Notes under the pieces: model-generated
Databases searched by the model: none
Seen by the model: the letters and a program-made list of their open reading frames with translations, nothing else
What the model was told of the DNA's origin: nothing
Shown here: one piece after another, positions 28,580 through 38,023 of the stretch
Numbering within the stretch: position 1 is the first letter of the stretch
How the letters are laid out: the number at the start of each line of letters is the position of its first letter
Source of the DNA: an uncultured Bacteroidales bacterium
GTDB lineage: Bacteria; Bacteroidota; Bacteroidia; Bacteroidales; UBA4417
Assembly (NCBI GenBank): GCA_937889945.1
Contig: CALBZC010000010.1
Coordinates: forward strand, 44,358 to 108,357
DNA length: 64,000 nt
Direction: 5' to 3'
Made by a program: the position numbers and the translations under genes

Positions 28580-30109
28580 ATGCATGAAACTATACTGATT
28601 TTAGACTTTGGTTCGCAATATACACAGCTTATTGCGCGCCGTATCCGCGAGCTTAATGTGTATTGTGAGATACATCCATACAACCATATTCCCGAATTGG
28701 GGGCACATATCAGAGGTGTCATATTATCGGGAAGCCCTTTTTCTGTGAGAGATAAAAATTCGCCGGCTCCTGATTTATCAGCAATACGTAAAAAGTATCC
28801 GCTATTGGGTGTTTGCTATGGAGCGCAACTCCTTTCAAAATATGAAGGAGGCGTTGTTGAACCGTCTAAACACAGGGAATATGGCAGAGCTAATCTTAAT
28901 TATATAGATGGCAACAACCCTCTCACAAAAGGAATGACTAATGGCTCGCAAGTGTGGATGAGTCATGGCGATACCATATTGGAAATACCCGACTCTTTTT
29001 CTATTATAGCCAGTACTGCCGATGTAAAGGTTGCGGGTTATGCCGTTAAAGATGAAAAAACTTTCGGCATACAGTTTCATCCCGAAGTTTTTCACAGTAC
29101 CGAGGGATATGTACTACTTAAAAATTTTGTAGTGGGTATTTGCGGATGTAAACAGGATTGGACGCCCGACTCATTTATAGAAACTACTATAAACGAGTTG
29201 AGGAAGCAAATAGGAGATGACAAAGTGGTGCTGGGGCTGTCGGGGGGTGTAGATAGTACGGTAGCTGCAGTGCTTTTGCATAAAGCCATAGGTAAACAAC
29301 TTTATTGCATTTTTGTGGATAACGGTTTGTTGCGAAAAAATGAGTATGCAAACGTGTTGGATTCGTATAAAAATATGGGTTTGCAAGTAAAGGGAGTGGA
29401 TGCCGGTGCCATATTTTTAAGTGCATTGAAAGGTATAACCGAACCTGAGCAGAAACGAAAAATTATAGGAAAAACGTTTATTGATGTTTTTGACGAAGAG
29501 TCGCATAAAATAAAAGATGTGAAATGGCTGGCGCAGGGTACTATCTATCCTGATGTTATAGAATCCGTATCCGTAAAAGGACCTTCGGCAACCATAAAAA
29601 GCCATCATAATGTAGGCGGCTTGCCCGATTATATGAAACTTAAAATTGTGGAACCTTTAAAAACACTTTTTAAGGATGAGGTTAGGCGTATTGGAAAAGC
29701 GTTAGAAATTGATCAAAATATTTTAAATCGCCATCCGTTTCCCGGACCCGGTTTGGGTATCAGGGTTTTGGGCGATTTAACACCTGAAAAAGTTCATATT
29801 CTTCAAGATGCGGATGATATTTTTATTGGTGCATTGAAAAAAAGTGGTTGGTATGATAAAGTTTGGCAGGCAGCTACCATTTTATTGCCCGTCCAGTCGG
29901 TAGGCGTAATGGGTGATGAGCGCACATACGAAAACGTAGTGGCGCTGCGAGCCGTAACTTCCACTGATGGCATGACTGCCGATTGGGTAAATCTTCCTTT
30001 TGAGTTATTGGCATCTGTTTCAAACGAAATTATCAACAAAGTTAAAGGAATTAACAGAGTTGTGTATGATATAAGCTCAAAGCCTCCTGCAACCATTGAA
30101 TGGGAATAA
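28580..30109 (+). CDS. guaA: GMP synthase (glutamine-hydrolysing)
   Basis: 509 aa with the GATase Cys context LLGVCYGAQ, the PP-loop [10 protein letters not shown] and the conserved C-terminus ...[11 protein letters not shown]. Confidence 0.97.
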   Translation: MHETILILDFGSQYTQLIARRIRELNVYCEIHPYNHIPELGAHIRGVILSGSPFSVRDKNSPAPDLSAIRKKYPLLGVCYGAQLLSKYEGGVVEPSKHREYGRANLNYIDGNNPLTKGMTNGSQVWMSHGDTILEIPDSFSIIASTADVKVAGYAVKDEKTFGIQFHPEVFHSTEGYVLLKNFVVGICGCKQDWTPDSFIETTINELRKQIGDDKVVLGLSGGVDSTVAAVLLHKAIGKQLYCIFVDNGLLRKNEYANVLDSYKNMGLQVKGVDAGAIFLSALKGITEPEQKRKIIGKTFIDVFDEESHKIKDVKWLAQGTIYPDVIESVSVKGPSATIKSHHNVGGLPDYMKLKIVEPLKTLFKDEVRRIGKALEIDQNILNRHPFPGPGLGIRVLGDLTPEKVHILQDADDIFIGALKKSGWYDKVWQAATILLPVQSVGVMGDERTYENVVALRAVTSTDGMTADWVNLPFELLASVSNEIINKVKGINRVVYDISSKPPATIEWE

Positions 30110-30156
30110 TTTTTGATACAATAAAATATTAACACTTAAACATAAAACATAAAACG

Positions 30157-32142
30157 ATGAGATGTAAAAGGTCGTTTATTTTTATCTTTTTTATATTCAT
30201 TAGCTCTTTTGCAAATGTAAATGCACAAGAAGTAAATGTCAAACGTTCGGCTATTATAGACCAGTATAAAGGGAAACCTTATTATGTGCATTTTGTGAAA
30301 GAGGGTGAAACTTTAAGCGCACTTTCAAAGGCATACAATGTTACGGCGAAAGAAATAATTGCAGATAACCCTTCGGTAGAGCAAGGTTTAAAGCTTGATA
30401 TGGTTGTGCTTATTCCCAAGCGGGAGGGCTCACAAAGGCAAGTTGCGGCGGATGAAGAAGAAAACATTAAAGGCAAGGCTCCTTCTGCCATAATTACCGA
30501 TGGTGCAATGAAAACGTATGTAGTGCAGCCCAAAGAATCCTTATACGGTATAGCCCGTAAATTTAAAGTTTCTCAGGAAGATATTTTGAAAGCCAATCCC
30601 GGTTTCAAGGGGTTGAAGATAGGCATGAATCTCAATATTCCTACCCCTTCTGCAAGTGTGAAGCCACAGCCTGTAAAAAAAGTTGAAACTACAGAGCAAA
30701 GTACAGAAAAAAAAGCTGTGAAGAAAGCATTAACAATGAAATGGATAGAAGTAAAACAAGGTGAAACATTATATGCTATTGCTAAAAATAATAACATAAG
30801 CGTTGAAAAACTTCTTGAGATTAATCCTACTATTAAAGAAACGGATGTTTTGAGCATAGGTACACGCATGCGCGTTCCTGTTGTGCTTGATATTGAAGAA
30901 AACGACAAAACAGTATCTCCAAAGGAAACGCAAAAGCCAAAACTTGAAGAAGCCAAGAAAAATACGGTTGAAAAATCAGAAACTGTTCTACCGGCACCCG
31001 TTTCGACAAACATATCGTGCTATAATGAAGGAAATTTAACAAAGACCTACCAAGTAGCATTGATATTGCCGCTATTGTTAAATCAAATGCAAGAGGTGAC
31101 AGACGGAAATGCTGCCAATATGTCTGAATACAAAAGTCTTGAATTTATTCAGTTTTATGCAGGTTTTGTAACAGCGGCTGATATGCTGGCACAATATGGA
31201 TTGAAAACTAAAATTCATGTAGTGGATGGCGATAGGCTCCGGGATTCTACTTTTATTGTAAATGCATTAAATAAACAAGGAATGACAAAAATGGATTTAT
31301 TGGTAGGTCCTTTGTTTGCCAACTCTTTTCCTTATGCGGCTGAATTTGCGCAAAAAAATACAATTCCTATTGTTAATCCATTGTCTAAACGCGATAATAT
31401 TATTAAGGATAATCCTTATGTAATAAAGGTTCAGCCTTCGGACGAGGGAACGGCTAAAAAAATGGTGGATTTTATTTTAAAAGACTATGCAAATGCCAAC
31501 ATCATTCTATTGCGCAGAGATGCCAAAGAGTTGAAAGGGGTTGCTGACGCTACGGTTAAAATGTTGAGAACAAGCTTAAAAGAGGGTAGTTTTAAAGGAA
31601 TTATAAAAGAAGCTACATTCACAGGAGAGGGCATTCAGGCAGTGAATAAAAATTTGGCTGACCAAGGTAAAAATCTGCTGGTTTTCTTTACCAATAACCG
31701 CGCCAGCATACTTACACTTCTTTCACAAGCCAATATAGATTTAAAAGGTACGCCTGATTTAACGTTAATGGGAATGGATAATTGGGATAAGTATGAGCTG
31801 CCTGCCGGCATATTAAAACGTTTTAATTATCATCAGTTAAGTACATCTTATATCGATTATGATGATGAACTAACCAAAGCTTTTGTTCAAAATTTCAGGT
31901 CTAAATATGGCGCTATGCCCGAAGAAAGTAAATATGCCTTTCTTGGATTTGATATAGGTTGGAATTTTTTGAAGTCAATGATGGCAAACGGGAATAATTT
32001 TCAAAAGTGCATGCAAAATCAGTTGGAAAAGGGCATACAGTATGATTTTCTTTTTAAAAATACCAATGTAACTGATGGCTTGGAAAATACCAATGTGCGT
32101 ATCATAAAGCTTGAAAATAATAAACTTATAAAGCTTAATTAA
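30157..32142 (+). CDS. LysM-repeat protein fused to a periplasmic-binding-protein type I-like domain (secreted)
   Basis: 661 aa with a signal peptide and three LysM-like repeats (YYVHFVKEGETLSALSKAYNV..., YVVQPKESLYGIARKFKV..., IEVKQGETLYAIAKNNNI...). A ~370-aa C-terminal domain follows that resembles an amino-acid-binding PBP. Confidence 0.7.
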   Translation: MRCKRSFIFIFFIFISSFANVNAQEVNVKRSAIIDQYKGKPYYVHFVKEGETLSALSKAYNVTAKEIIADNPSVEQGLKLDMVVLIPKREGSQRQVAADEEENIKGKAPSAIITDGAMKTYVVQPKESLYGIARKFKVSQEDILKANPGFKGLKIGMNLNIPTPSASVKPQPVKKVETTEQSTEKKAVKKALTMKWIEVKQGETLYAIAKNNNISVEKLLEINPTIKETDVLSIGTRMRVPVVLDIEENDKTVSPKETQKPKLEEAKKNTVEKSETVLPAPVSTNISCYNEGNLTKTYQVALILPLLLNQMQEVTDGNAANMSEYKSLEFIQFYAGFVTAADMLAQYGLKTKIHVVDGDRLRDSTFIVNALNKQGMTKMDLLVGPLFANSFPYAAEFAQKNTIPIVNPLSKRDNIIKDNPYVIKVQPSDEGTAKKMVDFILKDYANANIILLRRDAKELKGVADATVKMLRTSLKEGSFKGIIKEATFTGEGIQAVNKNLADQGKNLLVFFTNNRASILTLLSQANIDLKGTPDLTLMGMDNWDKYELPAGILKRFNYHQLSTSYIDYDDELTKAFVQNFRSKYGAMPEESKYAFLGFDIGWNFLKSMMANGNNFQKCMQNQLEKGIQYDFLFKNTNVTDGLENTNVRIIKLENNKLIKLN

Positions 32143-32170
32143 TTTTTAAAAATATATAATGAATATTGCC

Positions 32171-32192
32171 AAAAGCGGGATTTCCCGCTTTT
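32171..32192 (+). terminator. Rho-independent terminator after the LysM gene
   Basis: AAAAGCGGGA/TCCCGCTTTT hairpin followed by Ts. Confidence 0.6.
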
Positions 32193-32257
32193 GGTGTATT
32201 TTAAAATTTACTGTTTAAAGAAATCGGAAACTATAATCATTATCTTCTTTTTTTGTT

Positions 32258-34393
32258 ATGATAAAAGATATAAATAAGCATATAGCAAGCGAATTGGGAT
32301 TGCTTGAATTTCAGGTTAAAAATGTGCTACAGCTGCTGCAAGAGGGAGCTACTATTCCTTTTATAGCCCGCTATCGTAAGGAAATGACAGCCAGCTTAGA
32401 TGAAGTACAGATTATGGCTATCCGCGACAGGTACAATAAAATTCAGGAAATAGAAAAACGCCGCGAAACCATCCTAAACTCCGTAAAAGAGCAGGAAAAA
32501 CTTACACCCGAATTGCAAAAGCAATTGGAAAATGCCGATACGCTTACCGAATTGGAAGATTTATATTTACCCTATAAGCCAAAACGTAAAACAAAGGCTT
32601 CTATGGCGCGTGAAAAAGGACTGGAACCCTTAGCCAAACTCATCATGGCACAAAAAGAAGCTGACCCCTACACAAAGGCATCGCAATATGTAAATGATGC
32701 CAAAGGTGTGAAGTCGGAAGAAGAAGCCTTGAGTGGCGCTCGTGATATTATTGCGGAATGGGTTAATGAAAACCAATTTGCCCGCCAACGCGTACGTAGC
32801 TTATTTGAGCGTACAGCCAAAATTTTTTCTGTGCCTGCCAAAGGCAAAGAACTGGAAGGTATAAAATATGAAGCATATTACGATTTTGAAGAGTTAATAC
32901 GTACAGCCCCTTCGCATCGGGTGCTTGCCATGCTGCGCGGCGAAGCGGAAGGATTTTTAAAAATCACCGTGGAACCGCTGCAGGATGATGCCATACAGAT
33001 GCTGGAAAAAGCTTTTGTTACAGCCAATAATGAGTCGGCAGCGCAAGTGAGAACAGCTATAAAAGATGCATATAAAAGGCTTATGCAGCCTTCGTTGGAA
33101 ACGGAATTTAGGCAAATGGCGAAAGAAAAAGCAGATGCCGAAGCTATAAAAGTATTTGCCGAAAATTTGCGTCAGTTGCTTATGGCGCCACCTTTGGGAC
33201 AAAAAAATATATTAGCGATAGATCCCGGCTTTAGAACAGGATGCAAAATTGTAATTTTAGATAAGCAAGGAAATTTATTGCATAATGAAACCATATATCC
33301 TCATCCTCCGCAATTGGAAGTGAAACAATCTATAAATAAGATAGAGGCATTGGTACAGGCATATAAGATAGAAGCTATTGCCATTGGAAACGGCACCGCA
33401 GGTAGAGAAACCGAGAACTTGGTGAGAGGCATCCGTTTTCCGCACGATGTTATAGCTGTTGTGGTTAATGAAAGCGGAGCTTCGGTATATTCCGCATCAA
33501 GCGTGGCGCGTGAAGAATTTCCGGAATATGATGTAACCGTGCGTGGGTCGGTTTCTATAGGTCGGCGTTTAATGGATCCCTTGTCCGAACTGGTTAAAAT
33601 TGACCCTAAATCCATTGGCGTGGGACAATACCAGCACGATGTGGATCAAAAAATGTTGCAGGATAGCTTAGGCTCGGTTGTGGAGAGTTGTGTAAACAGG
33701 GTAGGAGTAGAGCTTAACACGGCAAGTAAGCAGTTGTTGTCCTATGTTTCGGGTATCGGAAATACAATAGCCGGAAATATAGTGGAATACCGCAAAAAAA
33801 ACGGCGCTTTTGCATCGCGTGAAGATTTGAAAAAAGTTCCCCGCTTGGGGGATAAGGTTTTTGAGCAGGCAGCAGGCTTTTTGCGAATCAGGGAGGCACA
33901 AAATCCTTTAGACCATAGCGCTGTGCACCCCGAAAGCTATGGAATTGTAAATAAAATGGCGGCTAAATTGGGCGTTTCCGTTAAAGAACTAATAGAGGAT
34001 AAAGCATTGCAACAAAAAATTGTAATCAAAGATTTTATCACCGAAAAAGTAGGTGAGCCCACGCTTGCAGATATTATGAACGAGTTGGCAAAGCCCGGCA
34101 GAGATCCGCGTAAGAAATTCGATCTTTTTGAATTTGACAAGAATATAACCTCCATCAACGATTTGCACGAAGGTATGATATTGGATGGTATTGTTACCAA
34201 TATTACGGCATTTGGCGCTTTTGTGGATATAGGCGTGCATCAGGACGGGTTGGTGCATATCAGCCAGTTGGCAAACCAGTTTATTAAAGAGCCCAATACC
34301 GTGGTGCATCTCAACCAAAAGGTGAAAGTGAAAGTGCTGGAAATAGATAAAGAGCGTAAACGCATTCAGCTATCCATGAAAGGGGTGGAATGA
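32258..34393 (+). CDS. tex: Tex-family RNA-binding transcription accessory protein
   Basis: 711 aa with N-terminal FIARYRKEMT, the YqgF/RuvC-like IAIGNGTAGRE, HhH motifs, and a C-terminal S1 domain GIVTNITAFGAFVDIGVHQDGLVHIS. Confidence 0.93.
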   Translation: MIKDINKHIASELGLLEFQVKNVLQLLQEGATIPFIARYRKEMTASLDEVQIMAIRDRYNKIQEIEKRRETILNSVKEQEKLTPELQKQLENADTLTELEDLYLPYKPKRKTKASMAREKGLEPLAKLIMAQKEADPYTKASQYVNDAKGVKSEEEALSGARDIIAEWVNENQFARQRVRSLFERTAKIFSVPAKGKELEGIKYEAYYDFEELIRTAPSHRVLAMLRGEAEGFLKITVEPLQDDAIQMLEKAFVTANNESAAQVRTAIKDAYKRLMQPSLETEFRQMAKEKADAEAIKVFAENLRQLLMAPPLGQKNILAIDPGFRTGCKIVILDKQGNLLHNETIYPHPPQLEVKQSINKIEALVQAYKIEAIAIGNGTAGRETENLVRGIRFPHDVIAVVVNESGASVYSASSVAREEFPEYDVTVRGSVSIGRRLMDPLSELVKIDPKSIGVGQYQHDVDQKMLQDSLGSVVESCVNRVGVELNTASKQLLSYVSGIGNTIAGNIVEYRKKNGAFASREDLKKVPRLGDKVFEQAAGFLRIREAQNPLDHSAVHPESYGIVNKMAAKLGVSVKELIEDKALQQKIVIKDFITEKVGEPTLADIMNELAKPGRDPRKKFDLFEFDKNITSINDLHEGMILDGIVTNITAFGAFVDIGVHQDGLVHISQLANQFIKEPNTVVHLNQKVKVKVLEIDKERKRIQLSMKGVE

Positions 34394-34433
34394 TTGCTGT
34401 TTTATAATTATATATAATATATATATAAATTAT

Positions 34434-34940
34434 TTATTTTAATAGCTTTTCTAATAAAGTTAGCATTTCTTTAAAATCTTTATCATTAAAACCAACTGAC
34501 ATATATATGATTTTACCTTTGGTATCAATTATATAATTCCTGGGAATGTAGATGGTGGCAAATTTATTATATATGCTTTTGTCTTTATCCGGATAAATTG
34601 GGAATTCCAACTTATTACTCTCTTTAAATTTTATCACTTCATCTAAAGAATTACCTCTGCCGAAAGATAACAACTTAAAGTTCTTATGATTTTTGTATTT
34701 TTCCCAAACTTCATTTTCAATAAAAGGCATCTCTAATTTACAAGGACCACACCATGTAGCAAAAAAATTGATTAAAATTACATTTCCTTTATAATTTGAT
34801 ATATGTACTTGGTTTTCAATTGATTTATCGATTATAAAATCAGGCACTTGATCTCCTATTTTAACAATACTTTCATTTTGACTGAAGCAAAATAAAGAAA
34901 GGGTGCAAAAAGTGAATAGGGTTAATAAACGTTTAATCAT
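34434..34940 (-). CDS. TlpA-family periplasmic thioredoxin-like protein
   Basis: 168 aa with a signal peptide and the active site FFATWCGPCKLE. Confidence 0.8.
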   Translation of the reverse strand: MIKRLLTLFTFCTLSLFCFSQNESIVKIGDQVPDFIIDKSIENQVHISNYKGNVILINFFATWCGPCKLEMPFIENEVWEKYKNHKNFKLLSFGRGNSLDEVIKFKESNKLEFPIYPDKDKSIYNKFATIYIPRNYIIDTKGKIIYMSVGFNDKDFKEMLTLLEKLLK

Positions 34941-35012
34941 AGCTTAATTTTGCTTTGTGAGGTATTGATGAATACTTTAATAACGTAATAATTTAAGGTA
35001 CATTCTATTTTC

Positions 35013-35807
35013 CTAATTCGCTATTTTACTATCATACTCTTTCGCTGCTTTCAAAAAAGCCTCCATCAAGGGTTTGCTCATGGGCGCGTTTAAATCTTTT
35101 GCACGTTCGGGGTGAAACTGCACCGCCATTAAAAAAGAATGGGCTTTAGGGTTTTCCCATTCAACGGCTTCGGCTACTTTGTCTTTCGACCATGCTACAA
35201 CGCGCAATCCGGGCGCTAACTTATCTATAGCTTGGTGGTGAATGCTTATTACATCTCCGCTATCTACTTTTACAATATTCTTAAACCAACTATTTTTAAC
35301 CGGATACACGGCATGCAAGCATTTGTCGTACTCTTTACTGTTGCGGTGCGAAACATCGCTTGGTCTGTCTGTGGGTAAATCTATGGTTAGCGTGCCGCCC
35401 AATGCCACGTTCATAATTTGTTGTCCACGGCACACGCCGAAAATGGGCATTTTTATGCGTTGTGTTTCTTTAATAATCGCAAATTCGCGCTTATCGCGCA
35501 AGCCGTTCATATCTTCGCAGCGTATGGCTTCCTCAGCTTTGCCGTAATAGGCGGGTACTACATCTTCACCGCCGGTCATAATCACACCGTTGCACGTTCT
35601 TAATATGATAATAGCCGAATCGGCATCGTAGCGTGCCAAATCAATAACCTCAACAGTAGGGTCGGTATGGTGTATCCAATTTATATATCGTTTAGAGCCT
35701 TCGGAGAGCGCAACTTTTATATGCTCCTGTGCATAGGCATATTGTATATTGCACCAAGCGGCAATGAAAAATGTAAGGATAAAAATAGGAATACGTTTCA
35801 TGAACAA
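35013..35807 (-). CDS. Peptidase C26 / class-I glutamine amidotransferase-like gamma-glutamyl hydrolase (secreted)
   Basis: 264 aa with a signal peptide, the nucleophile context IFGVCRGQQIMN and the downstream HHQAI...FHPE motifs. Confidence 0.75.
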   Translation of the reverse strand: MFMKRIPIFILTFFIAAWCNIQYAYAQEHIKVALSEGSKRYINWIHHTDPTVEVIDLARYDADSAIIILRTCNGVIMTGGEDVVPAYYGKAEEAIRCEDMNGLRDKREFAIIKETQRIKMPIFGVCRGQQIMNVALGGTLTIDLPTDRPSDVSHRNSKEYDKCLHAVYPVKNSWFKNIVKVDSGDVISIHHQAIDKLAPGLRVVAWSKDKVAEAVEWENPKAHSFLMAVQFHPERAKDLNAPMSKPLMEAFLKAAKEYDSKIAN

Positions 35808-35880
35808 TGTTTTTTTGCTTTAAATCTATATGCAAATTAAAATAAAAAAACACTCTATCTTACATTGCGTATAAATAATT

Positions 35881-36582
35881 TTAAAAATGCAAGTAAAAAT
35901 CTCCGGTAAGAAGTTTATAATCCTCACTATATTGTTTGTGGGCGTTGTAAATACATAGTTCCGAATAATCGCAGTCCTTTTTGTTTTTTCCGAAACAAAC
36001 CATTACGCGGTGGTGCGGATGGGAAGGCAATGATTTTACCCAACATACGCGTTGCGGATAAAACTTATAGTCATGCGCTTTTTTTATCCAATTATCAAAC
36101 AAATCGAAAGGGATAATAAAATTTATCTTACTCATTTCGTGGGTAATAAAATGCAAATTTTCAAATATTTTATCCACGGGCAAGCTGTCGCTGTGGCGTG
36201 CCATATTTCTTGTTTGAGAAATCGATTTTAGCGAATTGTGAAAAAAAGGTGGGTTGCTTATGATTAAATCATATTGCCTGTTTATACTTGGGGCAAATTG
36301 TTGAAACGAATTATGTATAATCTCTATACGATTGCTCCACGGACTCAGTATGACATTTTGCTTTGCTTGTGCGGCAGCTTCAGCATCTATTTCAATTCCC
36401 GTAACTATTGATTTTTGCATGCGTTGAGCCATCATTATGCTTAGTATGCCACATCCGCACCCAATATCTAAAAAAGTGTTTGCGCTTTCAGGTTTTACCC
36501 ATGAGCCCAGCAAAACACTGTCGATGCCTATTTTCATCGCGCATCTCGAATCGTCGATACTGAATTTTTTGAAATGGAACAT
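35881..36582 (-). CDS. tRNA1(Val) (adenine37-N6)-methyltransferase (YfiC/TrmN6-like)
   Basis: 233 aa. F.FKKFSI...MKIGIDSVLLGSW, SAM motif I LDIGCGCG and the N6-adenine motif IV NPPFF identify the family. Confidence 0.8.
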   Translation of the reverse strand: MFHFKKFSIDDSRCAMKIGIDSVLLGSWVKPESANTFLDIGCGCGILSIMMAQRMQKSIVTGIEIDAEAAAQAKQNVILSPWSNRIEIIHNSFQQFAPSINRQYDLIISNPPFFHNSLKSISQTRNMARHSDSLPVDKIFENLHFITHEMSKINFIIPFDLFDNWIKKAHDYKFYPQRVCWVKSLPSHPHHRVMVCFGKNKKDCDYSELCIYNAHKQYSEDYKLLTGDFYLHF

Positions 36583-36587
36583 CCGGT

Positions 36588-37112
36588 TTATGCGTTCAAA
36601 TCTACCAAACCTTCCGGAATATCCGTAAAGATGCTTTTGCCTTTTTTATCGATACCTTTTATAAATGCTTCAACCAACGGGATAAAAATTTCGTTAGTTT
36701 CTCCTTTGATAGACAATAAGGTTTGGTGTTGTAGCTCAATGATGTCATCTAAAGTGCCTATAAATCCTGCATTTTCGTCAATAACCTTAAATCCTTTTAT
36801 TTCGTGGGTATAAAAGTTTTTTCCTGATTTTTTCGGCAAAAGGGAAGGTGGCAGATACACATCACAGTCTAAAATTTCCTTGCAGTCATCCATACTTTCT
36901 ATATCAAGGAATTTAACCGTGTATTGGTTATTGTTTTTGGGTTGCAGGGTGTCAATAAAAAAAGGAATAGGATTTTCCTTAATAAGGATAAATACCCATT
37001 CCATTTTCTTTATAAATGGCGAAATATCTATGATAAAAGAGATAACAACTTCGCCTTTTGAACCAAATGTTCTGACGATCTTTCCCGCGTGGAAAAGTTC
37101 ATCTTTCTTCAT
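36588..37112 (-). CDS. rimM: 16S rRNA processing protein RimM
   Basis: 174 aa. The N-terminus ...HAGKIVRTFGSKGEV... and its position directly downstream of rpsP (3-nt gap) support the call. Confidence 0.88.
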   Translation of the reverse strand: MKKDELFHAGKIVRTFGSKGEVVISFIIDISPFIKKMEWVFILIKENPIPFFIDTLQPKNNNQYTVKFLDIESMDDCKEILDCDVYLPPSLLPKKSGKNFYTHEIKGFKVIDENAGFIGTLDDIIELQHQTLLSIKGETNEIFIPLVEAFIKGIDKKGKSIFTDIPEGLVDLNA

Positions 37113-37115
37113 TTG

Positions 37116-37691
37116 TTATTCGGCTTTTTCTTCTGTTGTAGCTTCAGCAGGAGTTTCGTTTTCCGTAGCTGTTTCTTCTGTAGGGTTTTCGGCGTTTTCA
37201 GCTTCTTCAGCAGGAGCATCTTTTTTAGCTTGTGCGGCTAATTTTTTTGCTACGGCTTCAGCTTTAGCTTCGTTTAATTTTGTTTCGGCTTCAAGGCGTT
37301 GTTTTTGTTCTTTTTGTGAAGCATCAACAAGGCTTTTTTTAGCGGATTCAATTTTAGCATCTTTTTGTTTTTTCCATTCTTCAAATTTGGCTTGTGCCTG
37401 AGCTTCTGTTAAAGCGCCTTTGGTAACGCCTTTGCTCAAATGGTGCATGTAAGCAACACCGGTATATTTAAGAATGGCAGCAACAGTTTCTGTAGGCTGA
37501 GCTCCGCATTTAACCCAGTAAAGCGCACGGTCAAAATCAAGTTGAATATCGGCGGGCTTTCTGATTGGATTATACACACCAATTTTTTCAATAAAACGTC
37601 CGTCACGAGGTGCACGACCATCTGCAATCACGATATGGAAAAAGGCTTGTCCTTTTTTACCGAATCGTTGTAATCTCATCTTTGTAGGCAT
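37116..37691 (-). CDS. rpsP: 30S ribosomal protein S16 with a long Ala/Glu/Lys-rich C-terminal extension
   Basis: The N-terminus [42 protein letters not shown] is canonical S16. Residues ~95-191 are a low-complexity A/E/K tail. Confidence 0.95.
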   Translation of the reverse strand: MPTKMRLQRFGKKGQAFFHIVIADGRAPRDGRFIEKIGVYNPIRKPADIQLDFDRALYWVKCGAQPTETVAAILKYTGVAYMHHLSKGVTKGALTEAQAQAKFEEWKKQKDAKIESAKKSLVDASQKEQKQRLEAETKLNEAKAEAVAKKLAAQAKKDAPAEEAENAENPTEETATENETPAEATTEEKAE

Positions 37692-37770
37692 GATGAATTG
37701 GTTTAAAAATTTTTAAAATATTGATTATTAGATTAATAACGCTTAATATATTTTTTATTTTAAGCGTTGC

Positions 37771-37778
37771 AAATGTAC
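37771..37778 (-). promoter_or_regulatory. -7 promoter box for rpsP-rimM (TACATTTG on the minus strand)
   Basis: Plus-strand CAAATGTA equals minus-strand TACATTTG, 80 nt upstream of the rpsP ATG. Confidence 0.35.
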
Positions 37779-38023
37779 TACATATTTTTTAAATATCAAA
37801 TAGTTACGTAAAAAACTTTTATATGTAATCAAAAATCTTTCATTATTTTTTCATGAAAGATTTGTATGCTTTAATTTTTTTGTTTGTTCAGGTTAAAAAA
37901 TATTAATCCTTCTTTGATTTCTATTTTTTAGATTTTATCAACATTATATAACTAATCACGTTTATATAAAGTAATTTAGCGATTCTAAAATTTTTTTCTA
38001 ACTCATTGAATACCAATAAAAGC

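Noticed and set aside
34394-34433. A TA-rich low-complexity tract (TATATATAATATATATATAAATTATT) between convergent tex and the TlpA-like gene.
   Set aside because: It is a short simple-sequence tract in an AT-rich genome, at a convergent gene junction. There is no repeat-unit structure beyond TA dinucleotides.
36880-37401. A 173-aa plus-strand ORF overlapping rimM/rpsP. Similar long antisense ORFs lie at 55270..55935 (inside tamB) and 58307..58978 (inside the helicase gene).
   Set aside because: These are shadow ORFs on the strand opposite well-supported genes. Their translations are low-complexity (S/F/A-rich) with no motifs. The one over rpsP simply mirrors the GCT/GAA-rich tail of S16.
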